Source of the DNA: an uncultured Nitrososphaeraceae archaeon
GTDB taxonomy: Archaea > Thermoproteota > Nitrososphaeria > Nitrososphaerales > Nitrososphaeraceae
DNA: 64,000 bases
NCBI GenBank assembly: GCA_963825865.1
Contig: CAWGVG010000028.1
Location: 42,388-106,387 of the forward strand
Reading direction: 5' to 3'
The notes under the pieces were generated by a model. The model saw only the letters and a list, made by a program, of their open reading frames with translations. It had not been told where the DNA came from and ran no database searches. The first letter of the stretch is position 1, and each line of letters starts with the position of its first letter. The translations under genes and the position numbers were made by a program. Shown here one piece after another: positions 43,716 through 54,651 of the stretch.

Positions 43716-44159
43716 TATATATGACTATTGTTACAGGATGAATAAATGATGTACATACATATGAGAATATTAGGTCTGCTCCAATGTTGTTGTATGTTTC
43801 CTTTATGACCAGACTCAAATAGAAAAGCGAAACTTATTGAAATTATATCTGCTGGCACAAGAGAAACGGGAACAAGTGTTAAAAGAAAAAGATTTTTTAA
43901 AAAGATGTATGGTATAATCTAACCCAACTACGATCAAATAATAGATGCATAACTGAATTACATGTTTTGCAAGTATTTCTTTCTATATGTCTTCCTCGCA
44001 TCGTGTATACATAATTATATCTGTATTGATCCGTTCAATAAAAAATACCTCGTCTATTGATTAGACTGATATAGTGGCAGTAATTGTCAGAACAATTTAA
44101 ATTCCATTAAAATTGTCGCTACTCAAAAGTCAGAACGCTAAGGCTATCGATACAGCTGT

Positions 44160-44360
44160 TTAGGAGAATTCAGAACTTTGAGGCTTGGCATTCAACATTT
44201 TATTTACTCGTTCAATTCTGCTGTCCAAAAGACCGTTAATAAAATTGTGAAACTCTCTTTCAGCATTTTCTAAGGTAGAGTTTTCATTTTTACTCATATA
44301 TTTTTGTACAAATTTGACCTTTGTCCACAGATACGCTAATTCATCATCATCAAGGCTCAT
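44160..44360 (-). CDS. small hypothetical protein
   Basis: 66-aa ATG ORF; TATA-like TTAAGTATTAA upstream, next to an IS end. Confidence 0.5.
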   Translation of the reverse strand: MSLDDDELAYLWTKVKFVQKYMSKNENSTLENAEREFHNFINGLLDSRIERVNKMLNAKPQSSEFS

Positions 44361-44409
44361 TTCATAATTTAAAATGTATAACTTAATACTTAAGCTTATT
44401 GCGTGAGGG

Positions 44410-45509
44410 GGGGTTGTTGTCTAATTCGGTATCGCATACTGTGTCACATTTATTGCAAGTTTGTTTGCACATTGTAATCTGTTGAGCACTTCCAAGTTCC
44501 ACCCTAAGGCCTTGATTAATCCAAATCTTTTCTGGTTGTTCTTTAATCTGAATCTGCAGTATAGCTGATGATGGTGTTCTGTTTCTTCTGCTCCAAATAT
44601 TCCTTCTATCAACCCTCTGTAATGATATAGTGATATGTTGAATATCTTCGAAGCCTTCTTCCTGTACTTCCTGTTCTTACCTTTGTTCCTGGCGTTTATT
44701 CTCTGCTTGATATTTGGAAGCATTTCCATACCGAATATTGACTGAAAGTTTTTGTCACCATCGTACCCTCTGTCAGCGTTGAATATCGAGCCCACAAGAT
44801 CTACTCCACATTTCTTCAACCTATTCAACATTGTTCGGAGTACTGGAGAATCGTGAGTTTTCTTGTTTGTAACCCGTGTATTGAGTATTATTAGATGGTC
44901 AATTATCGCTGTGACATGCCATTTCAGATACTGTTTTACCATTATTTTTTCAAATTTCTTCTTGCTTTTCACAGGTCTCACTTCATATTCATACCTGTCT
45001 GTCTCTACACCTGTACTATCTGATGCAAGAATCCCTTTCTTCCACCCAGATTCATTTAGACACAGATATGCAGACCTAGTTAACGTTTCTTCAAGTACTG
45101 CAATGGTATTTTCTTAAATGTACGTGATATCCATGTGTGATCTGGATACGGTTCGTTATTCCATGGCAAATTAAGAGAAGGTGCTGTATTCTGTACATCT
45201 CTGTAAGTTGAACCAAAAACAACCATCAATATACAGATACAGACAAGTTTTTCCCAAGAATGAACCGGTTTCCTTCCTCTATTACTCTTCTTCTTTGGAC
45301 GAGCAGGAGGATTTTCTTTGACCAGAGAAACTATATTTTTGATAATCATGTCACGTTCCAGGGTATGTGCTAGATGGTAATACAACCAGTAACCATCTTT
45401 CCTCTTGTGCTTGGCGAGCCAATAAGGGGGGTGCATATCCATTCTAAGCTAAATTGAGAAGCGTGAAATCATATTTACAGTCGATTAAAACGAATTAGGC
45501 AACAACCCC
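44410..45509 (-). mobile_element. IS5/IS4-superfamily insertion sequence, 1100 bp (copy B, related to 16516..17635)
   Basis: TIR GGGGTTGTTG(T/C)CTAATTCG; 9-bp TSD GCGTGAGGG (44401-44409 and 45510-45518); DSTG, HDS, ADRGYD, YHYRGLIE. Confidence 0.93.
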
Positions 45510-46178
45510 GCGTGAGGGATCAAAGGGATCAAATATCTTCTGCCGGTAAGCTTCTTCCTTTAATGCTTTTAGAGAGATTGGTTGATCTGTTCTTTGCTAT
45601 TTTCTACAACTCCTTTGATTATGCTACCAAGCAGCAAAAATTAATGCTTGCAGTGCAACAAGCAGAATCATCCAAATATTTTCAGTGTACTTTCTCCTAA
45701 AATTGTAAGTCTATGTTACCTGATACCTCTGTATTCTACTTATACCAGTGGATTGTCTGGACCACCGCTAATGCTAATAGCTTAATGCCCCGGTGTCTAA
45801 AATTATAATGACTTCTAACCTAGACGAAAAAAGTAAAGATAGCAGTAGTTGGTATGAATATTACCTAACTTCAGAATAGCGCGAGGCAGAATCTGACGGG
45901 TACAGGATCCAAACGACCCAACTAAGATCCTCGTAGTGGGGATATGCTTTTGGTGGGATATGATGTTCCAGTAATCAAAGAGCTGCAAAAGGCCTTTGCT
46001 ATATTTGAAAAAGAATACTGTCATATCATCTTATCACTATATCATTAATTTTTGGAATACTGTGTTATTAGAAATAAATAAATCATATCGCTATTTCCTT
46101 AACGGAAGGCTAAAGCAAAATATAGATCCTTTGCCATCATTATTATTGCGTCCCAATTCTTTAAAATATCTAAAGTAA

Positions 46179-47181
46179 TGCTTTGTTGCATGATTAATTA
46201 TCTTGTAAGTGATACTTATTTGACCACTCACCATTTAGCTTGCTAGTATTAATTATTCTGGTATGGTTGACTGGCCTTGCTATAATGAATCACTAGTTAG
46301 GCGTGGTCAAGTACTCTTGGATTTTGATGTACTTGATGGATGGGATCATGAATTATGTCAAATGAACCTTGGTAAGGTTGGTGAGCCCTACTGCTACCCA
46401 AATTCATTTATTCAGCTTCTAGGTTACATGAGAGCATATTTCCATCTACCATATAGACAAACACAGGGTGTAGTCATAGCTCATGCAAGTAAAGAAGTAT
46501 CAAACACACCACATTATAGTACCATTAATAGACGTATAAACAGGCTAGAGATTAAAATCGATGAAAAATTAGGAAATGATATTGTCATTGCTTTAGACAG
46601 CACCGGCATTAAGGTAGCTAATCGAGGGGAATGGATGCACCACAAATGGCATGTCAGAAAAGGATATCTAAAGATACACATAGCAGTTGATATCGAGAAG
46701 AAAAGAATTGTATCTCTGGAGGTAACAAGTGAAGAGGTACATGATGGTAAGATGCTAAAGAAGTTAGTAGACAATGCTTCTGAAAATAATAATCATGTGA
46801 AGGGTATATTAGCAGATGGTATGTACGACAGCAATAACAATTTTAGATACCTATCAAAGAACCACATTAAGCCTGGTATAAAGACAAGAAGTAATTCCAA
46901 GGTCAAGTCAACTAACTGTCATGCTAGGAATATGTCTGTAGTAAGACAACAGACAAACCTCAAAAAATGGAAGCGTAGCGTGAGCTATGGGTACAGGTGG
47001 ATAGCAGAAACAGCATTCTCTTCCATTAAAAGAACATTTGGTGAACATGTAACAGCTAGAAAGTTTCCTCACATGGTAAAAGAGAATCCTCCTAAAGGCA
47101 GTTCTGTATAACATGTTCAATCGAATGACCTAGCTAACGGTTTGCATAACCTAAAATCCTAATGAATTATGCAACAGAGCA
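46179..47181 (+). mobile_element. IS5-family (IS903-like) element; transposase 46263..~47133
   Basis: TIR TGCT(T/C)TGTTGCAT(G/A)ATT; 8-bp TSD TAAAGTAA; YNESLVRRG, DSTGIK, GEW, ADGMYD, YGYRWIAETAFSSIK. Confidence 0.93.
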
Positions 47182-47398
47182 TAAAGTAACATAATTTTCA
47201 ATGCGTTATCGACTAGACTATTAATGGAAATTCCTCTTTGCATCATGCTCTAAAACTTGGAGTATGTCTTCTTGCATTCTAAAATTCGAGTTGACTGAAT
47301 TATTTTTAATAGAAGACAAAGTTGCTTCCATTTGAATCCTACAGTATAGATTATATATGATTTAACTGCAATAATAATTTGAGAAGTAATTCTCTATA

Positions 47399-48346
47399 AT
47401 GCAACTACCATCAACCGTATGTTCTTTATGTAAAGGTGATCTGACAATAACAGATCAGGAGTCAGGAGAGATTATTTGTAACAAATGCGGTATGGTAATT
47501 TCAGACAAAACTCAAAGTTACCGACCAGAATGGCGTGATACCTTCGATACAGTCGAAATGAACGATAGACATCGCAGAACAGGAAATCCTACCTCTCTAT
47601 CTCGTTATGATATGGGATTATATACCATAATTGGAAAGACTGACAAAGATGGAGTAGGACATAAACTAAATGCATTCACATACCCTACAATAAAAAGGTT
47701 AAGAACATGGGATCTTAGAACACAGAGTCATACTGCTATAAATCTTATGCAAGCTTTCAATGAACTTGATGTATTGAGCGATAAACTTGCATTACCAGAT
47801 GCTGTAGTTGAGAAAACTGCTTATATCTATAGAAAAGTCCAGAAAAGAGGATTAGTGAGAGGAAGAACAATAACTGCATTAATGGCTGCTTCTGCATATA
47901 TTGCATGTAGAGAAATAGGAATTCCCAGAACATTAAGAGATATTGCCTCAGCTAGTGACATCAAACGCAAACATTTAGCAAAAGCATATAGATTACTGCT
48001 TTTCGAACTTAACCTGAAAGTTCCATTAGTCGATCAAATAAAGTGTATTGCCAAAATTGCAAATATAGCTAATCTAAGCGAAAAAACGAAACGTCAAGCA
48101 ATAAGTATCATGAATGAAGTCAGAAAAGATGAAATATTATTATCTGCTGGAAAAAATCCAATGGGACTAGCAGCTACTATTCTTTACTTGTCGTGTCTTA
48201 AGACTGGCGAGAATAAGACCCAAATTGACATTTCTCATGCGGCAGGAGTAACAGAAGTGACTCTTAGGAACAGATTCAAGGATTTAAAAAGCAAGCTAGA
48301 ATTATCAATTAGAAGATCTGATACAACAGAAAGTTTTTTGCCGTAA
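47399..48346 (+). CDS. tfb: transcription initiation factor IIB paralogue
   Basis: CSLC/CNKC Zn ribbon, PEWR, RTG, RGRT, GKNP, GVTEVTLRNR. Confidence 0.94.
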   Translation: MQLPSTVCSLCKGDLTITDQESGEIICNKCGMVISDKTQSYRPEWRDTFDTVEMNDRHRRTGNPTSLSRYDMGLYTIIGKTDKDGVGHKLNAFTYPTIKRLRTWDLRTQSHTAINLMQAFNELDVLSDKLALPDAVVEKTAYIYRKVQKRGLVRGRTITALMAASAYIACREIGIPRTLRDIASASDIKRKHLAKAYRLLLFELNLKVPLVDQIKCIAKIANIANLSEKTKRQAISIMNEVRKDEILLSAGKNPMGLAATILYLSCLKTGENKTQIDISHAAGVTEVTLRNRFKDLKSKLELSIRRSDTTESFLP

Positions 48347-48567
48347 CAACTATAAAATGATACAATTAATTTCGATTAAAAGATACAATTACTACCGTGT
48401 TTTATCGCCGCCATTCTAACTGCTAATCTATGCATTCAGACTAGGATCATTTTCTTTTTCTGTACGGGATGATGAATTCGTATTTCTAGCCGTAGAATCA
48501 GATATAATTCAAGTACCTATTTTTTGCGACAATATCAATTTATCTTCTTAAATGAGCAATCATCAAT

Positions 48568-48875
48568 TTACCTAGATGCCTTTCTAGTTTTAGATCTTTT
48601 TCCTTTGAACTTATTTATTATGTCCAAACATCTTATCAATCTATCAGTAGGAATTTCAATTTTGTATTCTGGAAGGCCAATGATATCTTTTACACCTTCA
48701 GTTTCTTGCTTTTCCTCCTCCTTTACTAACGTGCTGTTATATCTTTGAGGTACAACATAATACGGCTTTATCATGGCAATGTCTTTGAACATCATGCATG
48801 CCATCATAGAAGCAATGGCTTGAATCTTACTACCAACTGATACATTTACTAAAATAGAGTTTCCTTTCTCTATTG
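48568..48875 (-). pseudogene. internal fragment of a DUF6293/HFX_2341-like (CARF-wHTH) regulator
   Basis: EKGNSILVNVSVGSKIQAIASMMAC...PYYVVP...GVKDIIGLP; N-terminus and most of the wHTH missing; family assignment from memory. Confidence 0.55.
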
Positions 48876-49444
48876 TATGGATATAAATATATGTAACTCA
48901 TTTTTGTTACCAACAGATGCTATAAAAATATTTTTACCTGATATCGTCCTGTTACCGTTTTGTACATGGTTTGGTTCCTTATAAGAAATCAAATGACAAA
49001 GAAATTAACAAAAACCACGTTTAAAAATAAATGTAATATGTTGATAACAAATGCTAATGAGACATTCTAAAGCCGAAAGGATGAGGCCAGCATACTTATT
49101 AAAAAATATTATTATAAACCTTAATTCTGCTTGTTCTGATTAATTTCTCTTTGCTTGTTCATTCTATTTCTTTGTTTTAGAACTTCTCTCTCAGAAGTAG
49201 TGCAACCTAAAAATTAATATCTGATTGAATAAAGGAAAGTCAAATTCTCTTATAGTCAAAACTCCCCCTCCTCCCATAATGACTGTTAGCTATGAACCCT
49301 ATACAAGCTATTTCATTAAACCAGAGACTCTAAACCTAGACAATCTTGGTTGCTTGCTTTGAAAGGAGATATACTAAACACACCTATTGTTTGACTATAT
49401 GGCAAAATCTGTTTCACGCATTGTTTTTAAAAACTCAACATACA

Positions 49445-49945
49445 ATGCGATTGATGAATGGCCATATAAGAAACTTGAAACTTTTGATGTTGTTATCTTT
49501 ATCTGTAACAATTGTAGGCATAGTTAACATATCACCATTTTCATTGGCATCATTATCATCTCCTTTTTTTTCTTCTCATTATGCATATGCAAAAGAACAA
49601 ATTGGTAATCCATTAGTCTATCACCTGAGCAGTGACGAGCCTTGGCGAGCAACTGTAGCTATTTCTGATGCAACTACAATGCTAAAGTTAGGACACAATG
49701 TGACTCTACTACTTAGTATAGAAGGAGTACAAATAGGAGTTAAACATCCTCATCATTACTTGGGACTTGACCTGTTAACTAGGAATGTTACGAACTTTAT
49801 AGCTCATGGCGGAAAAGTCATCGTATGTGAAGTATGTCTGAGGATAGCCGGATATAACAACAGCGACATTATAGATAAAGCCATTATAGGCAAACCGGAG
49901 ATACTATCTAATCTACTTAGTAAGGCAACAGTAATAGACTACTAG
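49445..49945 (+). CDS. secreted DsrE/DsrF-like protein
   Basis: Signal-like N-terminus ending AYA, YHLSSD, VTLLLSIEGV, GGKVIVCEVC, ATVIDY. Confidence 0.75.
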   Translation: MRLMNGHIRNLKLLMLLSLSVTIVGIVNISPFSLASLSSPFFSSHYAYAKEQIGNPLVYHLSSDEPWRATVAISDATTMLKLGHNVTLLLSIEGVQIGVKHPHHYLGLDLLTRNVTNFIAHGGKVIVCEVCLRIAGYNNSDIIDKAIIGKPEILSNLLSKATVIDY

Positions 49946-50381
49946 TTTCGACATTCCAAATTGTTTTTTCTAATTTTGGCAGTCTATAAATGTCGAGAAT
50001 ATTTTATTACTTCAGTCCTATATGAGTGAGTTTATTTCCATATATCAAGACACGTTTGTAGCCTAGCATTAAATCATACCAGAAACACAACACTATGATA
50101 AAGAAACTGAAAAGCTGCCACTTCATAGACTACAGTAAGAGGCATTGCTTGTTTCAAAGATCGAAGCTTCCAAAGATGGAATTCCGTATGTTTATGTCGT
50201 ATTTACGGATCCTAATGAGCCAAAATCGTCAGGAGGATGACATGCAGAAACAAAAACTTGTTATGGTTGTCAAAGTCCTTTTGGTATTGGTGTAGGTGCA
50301 GTTCCTTACCTTGTTGAAAATGGAGACTATAGGAGATTCTTATGTAAATATATAAAAATTAGTAATGAATCTGGAGCGTCT

Positions 50382-51100
50382 TTGGACTCCCATTATAGCG
50401 TCATAGATAAATTGCTTTCAAACGCGGGTTTATTACATGATTTAATGATGAGAAAGACAGTAGTCCTTACTAATTCAGAATTTAGTAAAAGAGCAATAAA
50501 ACAATTATATAAGAATGAGGTCCGTCCTTTAGTCCTCAGCCCTCCTGTAGATGTAGAAGCATTTCGGAATATGGCACTTTGCACAAAAGGACAAAGAGAA
50601 GATACAATACTTGTAGTTTCAAGGTTCAGTCCTGATAAGAAAGTTGAAAATGCAATAAGAATAGATAAAGTCTTGTCCGACAGAAAGAATACAAACTATA
50701 AAATGATAATTATAGGAAACATTTGCAATGCTCAAAATGACGACTATCTCCTTTTCCTAAAGAATATGATACATCATTATGACCTACACGAATATGTAAA
50801 ATTGGAAATAGGTCCTAGTTTTGATAAACTAGTCCATCTTATGAGTAAATCAAAGATATATCTTCATCCTTTAGCCGGTGAGCCATTTGGAATATCTGTT
50901 GCTGAAGCCATGGCAGCGGGCTTGATTCCTGTGGTACCTTGTGTTGGTGGAAATTCTGAATTTGTTCCGCAAAGGTATCATTATCGTACTCTTGAAGAAG
51001 CTGCCAACGCTAATTGAAGATGCGTTGATGCTACCTCCTATAGACAACCAATTCAGAACAAGGCTAAGCAATTTGACATTAAGGTTCTCCATAGAGAATC
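50382..51100 (+). pseudogene. GT4 glycosyltransferase, 5'-truncated
   Basis: NSEFS, PPVD, SRFSPDK, EPFGISVAEAMAAG; N-terminal domain absent. Confidence 0.8.
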
Positions 51101-51450
51101 ATAAATACTTCCAACTTATTACTTTTTGTGGAATTATCATTATAACAAAGTCTCCAATACCGATTTTTTGGTACTGAAGATATTTATCAGACAGTAGTTT
51201 GTGAGCTTTTTCTAATAATAACAGTTCATTTTGTTCTAATTCTTTACCTCCTATTATCGAAGCCTTTCCTTGAATCATAATGAAATAAAGTTTTGTCCAA
51301 TCTTCATTGTATTCATCTATTAATAAGGCAACGTTTGAATTTTGCTGTATGTTCTTTTCTCTTTTTAGCTTTTCAGGCCTAGATTGCTTAGTCTTTCCAT
51401 CTATTGGTATGTAGTAACAATCATTACCAAATACAAATACAACTGGTATC
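51099..51450 (-). pseudogene. PPOX-class (F420/FMN split-barrel) oxidoreductase, 5'-truncated
   Basis: IPVVF...YIPIDGKTK...LKREKNIQQNSNVALLIDEYNEDWTKL...KY.QY...ISW; no start codon. Confidence 0.75.
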
Positions 51451-51678
51451 TTTAATCACAAGTGCATCATCATCATTTATACTTCAAGCTATATGATATT
51501 ACAGCATCAAAAACGTATGCTATAGTGAATCATTAGTGACATAACCATCCATCATAACAAAGACAATAAAACTTTAACTAAGGTCTACAAGAATTAGAAA
51601 TGTCAGATTAATTTAATCTATGATTTCTATTGGAAATGGCATTTTTTTAATATTGTATTAGATAGATAAACTGTGTAT

Positions 51679-51842
51679 ATGATTCTACAAGAACAACAAA
51701 AGAAGCTGCCGCCGTATATGTTTGTAAGTAAAATAGCGAAAATATCAAATGACAAATACTATATCAACATACCAAAGGCAATGTGGCCTGACGTACAACA
51801 GTACCGCAGCAGTTGAAAATGATTATTGAAGGGATTGACTAA
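51679..51842 (+). CDS. tiny AbrB-like protein, frameshifted
   Basis: FVSKIAKISNDKYYINIPKAMW resembles swapped-hairpin N-termini. Confidence 0.4.
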
Positions 51843-52538
51843 TAAGCACTAACAGATATACCCGAATATGCAATAGCTCTACGTGAATTGGGTCCTCCAC
51901 TTTCTAATAAGATATGCTCTATATGGCGCATCCTTTTTTTTAGATAACCAATTAAATTCTGCAGGTGATGGTAGTATTAAGTATTAAATATTTAAACTTA
52001 AGTTAGATTTAGAAATGACATAGAAATGGGAATATATACGAACCACACAAGTTATTTGACACAAAATTTGATCACAAACTAAATGAATTTTTATTGTCAT
52101 AGCTAGATTAGAGATATTTACTACTTTCTTGAGTATTTCCTGATTGACTTTACAGGACTAAAAGACTATGCTAAGAAGTAGGAGGATAAGTAGTTAAATC
52201 CGCTAATAATAGTATGCGCTATCCAATCATAGACATCCTTTTCAGTTTGAACATTACATATTTCAAAATGGCTAAAATTTTCCAATGTGATAGACGCGAA
52301 AAAATAAATGAAACTAAACCATTTGGATACGTTAGCAATCTATCAAAAGGTACGAATCTTTGTGAGAAATGCCAGCAGAGATGGTGAAAAACAAGACTGT
52401 TCCAGCTTCGCTCTGTTTGTCTCTATTGGCGTATAGACATATACATGAGTGAAAAATTCTTCACAAAAACAATTCACATGAGATCAATGATGTGCTCTGA
52501 TCCAATATGCTTTTAAGGAATATCTTTGTAGCTGGTAT

Positions 52539-53033
52539 TTGAACATGGGACAAAAGGGTAAAGAAATAGTAGAAGTTGACATAAAGAATGTCATCGACGA
52601 TCTTAACTCTGCTTATGCTGACGAATGGTTATCACACTTTCAATACTTTCTGTATGCCCAAATTATCGAAGGTATAGACGCAGAGACCCTTAAAAAAGAA
52701 CTTGAACAACAGTCAATGGATGAAATGAACCATGCAAAGATTCTTGCTAATAGGATACTTCAACTTGGAGGAACACCCAGCACTAAACTTACAGAGACTT
52801 CCACATGTGGATTTTCACCTCCACCAGAAGATAGAACAGATCTTATACGCGTAATAGAATTGGTATTAGAAGCCGAAAGGTGTGCAATTGAGAAATACAA
52901 TAGATTGGCAAAAAAATATCATATGAAGGATTTGGTCACTCATGAAATATTTGAAGACTTACTTACAGATGAAGTGAGTGATGAAGAAGACTGGGAAAAC
53001 TTTTTACCTGGATTAAAACAGAGACAAAAATAA
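52539..53033 (+). CDS. Dps-like / ferritin-superfamily protein (DpsL-type)
   Basis: AYADEWL, EMNHA, RILQLGG, EAERC, DLVTH, DEVSDE. Confidence 0.88.
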   Translation: MNMGQKGKEIVEVDIKNVIDDLNSAYADEWLSHFQYFLYAQIIEGIDAETLKKELEQQSMDEMNHAKILANRILQLGGTPSTKLTETSTCGFSPPPEDRTDLIRVIELVLEAERCAIEKYNRLAKKYHMKDLVTHEIFEDLLTDEVSDEEDWENFLPGLKQRQK

Positions 53034-53262
53034 TAATCTGATGAAGTAATAAACTTATGCTGTCTTAGCAGTTGAGGAATAAAAAACAAACGAAAGAGAG
53101 CTGACAAACAATGTCTGGAGGATTTTACATCAAACTGAGCAATCACCTATATTGTTTTGTTGTTCTTGTTAGTTCAACCAACTACCTATACCTCTGTTTA
53201 AGTTGACACCAGTCAACTCATCCTAACAATGTAATGTAATTACATTATTTTTATATTACATG

Positions 53263-53385
53263 TAAACATAACTGCTGTCATCCGACACGAGGAATGAGGC
53301 GACTTTCGCGATTTCGTCGGAGCTGTCCATACGCCCCAATGGCACGCTGGCCACGAGGTTCGTCTTTATCTGCTCGATGATTTCA
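53263..53385 (-). pseudogene. GC-rich C-terminal fragment of an SDR oxidoreductase
   Basis: EQIKTNLVASVPLGRMDSSDEIAKVASFLVSDDSSYV; about 57% GC by hand count over 53277-53380. Confidence 0.8.
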
Positions 53386-53457
53386 ACAATCGGTAGCAGT
53401 TATAGCAGATCCGTATAAATATTTGGATAACTATTTTTAGTTAGGTGATTAGAAGTT

Positions 53458-54120
53458 ATGAGCTTTTGGAATTTGGATCCAGATGAGTGGTTTAGGAGGT
53501 TCTTCGGTGGCAGTGGAAGAACAGGAATAACGCCATTGGGAAAGGGAGGATGGTTTGGAGATATCCCGAGGCAATTTGATGAAATGAGAATGGAGATGGA
53601 GAGAATGTTTGAAGAACAATTTAAAGATATAGAATCAAAAGCACCAAAAGAATTGATAAGAGAATATCAAACGCCTGAAGGTGGCAAAGTAAAAGAGTTT
53701 GGACCATTTGTTTATGGTTATTCAATGACTATTGGACCTGATGGCAAACCAAAGGTAAGAGAATTTGGTAATGTTAAATCACCATTGCGTGGTGGTAGTG
53801 GTGGTGGAGGCTCTTTTACAAGACCAATGATTTCATCTGAAAGAGAACCTTTGGCAGATGTAACAACAACAGAGAAAGAAGTTAAAGTGGTAGTAGAAAT
53901 GCCAGGTGTCAGTAAAGAACACATCAGGATAAATGCTTATGATAACTCGGTAGAAATAACAAGTGATGATCCAAAAAGAAAATATCATCAAGTTATTGAC
54001 TTGCCAACAGAAGCAGATATTCAAACAGCAAAATCTAGTTATAAAAACGGAATACTTGAAATAGTATTTAATAAAAAGGAGCAAACAAAACCAAAAGGAA
54101 AGCAGATAAACGTAGAATGA
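53458..54120 (+). CDS. hsp20: archaeal small heat-shock protein Hsp20
   Basis: GPFVYGYSMTIGPDGKPKVREFGN, EREPL, EMPGV, YKNGILE. Confidence 0.95.
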   Translation: MSFWNLDPDEWFRRFFGGSGRTGITPLGKGGWFGDIPRQFDEMRMEMERMFEEQFKDIESKAPKELIREYQTPEGGKVKEFGPFVYGYSMTIGPDGKPKVREFGNVKSPLRGGSGGGGSFTRPMISSEREPLADVTTTEKEVKVVVEMPGVSKEHIRINAYDNSVEITSDDPKRKYHQVIDLPTEADIQTAKSSYKNGILEIVFNKKEQTKPKGKQINVE

Positions 54121-54547
54121 ATTTGTTAAGTTAAATGATTAGTTGTCGATGTATATACAACGCTAAATAACAATCTGCAAAAATAAATGCATGTAGATAT
54201 CGCCAGGCGTTCCACATCTTACATTTTATCGTTTGAAGACCGGTAACCCTACGTTAATTTTGTCAACACCATAAAATCGGCTAGGTCTGCCAAAACTTAC
54301 TCTAGGTGTTTGGGAGGACCATATACAATGACAAGGCATATGAAATAAGATTAGATGAAAAACTCAATGAGTGAGTAATAAGATAATATATATCCTCTGG
54401 TTTAAATGTTAATATTCCTAATTGCTAATATAACTAGGAAGATGTATTATAGTAACAAGAAAGAAATTGTATCTTTACTATCCCAATGAACTAAAATTAA
54501 CTGATAGATATAACAATTTTATTTAATTTTGAAGCTTAAATTTTAAC

Positions 54548-54651
54548 ACAGCAATAATGTATTCATATATATAAATGAAAGGACCATTGTCAGGATATAC
54601 AGCAATAATGTATTCATATATATAAAGAAAGGACCATTGTCAGGATATACA
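54548..54651 (+). repeat. ~51-bp tandem duplication
   Basis: ACAGCAATAATGTATTCATATATATAAA(T)GAAAGGACCATTGTCAGGATAT at 54548 and 54599. Confidence 0.92.

Noticed and set aside
44421-45442. Programmed frameshift in the IS transposase
   Set aside because: The two related copies break at different positions, so these are errors or decay
48568-48875. CARF-type antiviral signalling system
   Set aside because: Only an internal fragment, family call uncertain, and no cyclase or effector nearby
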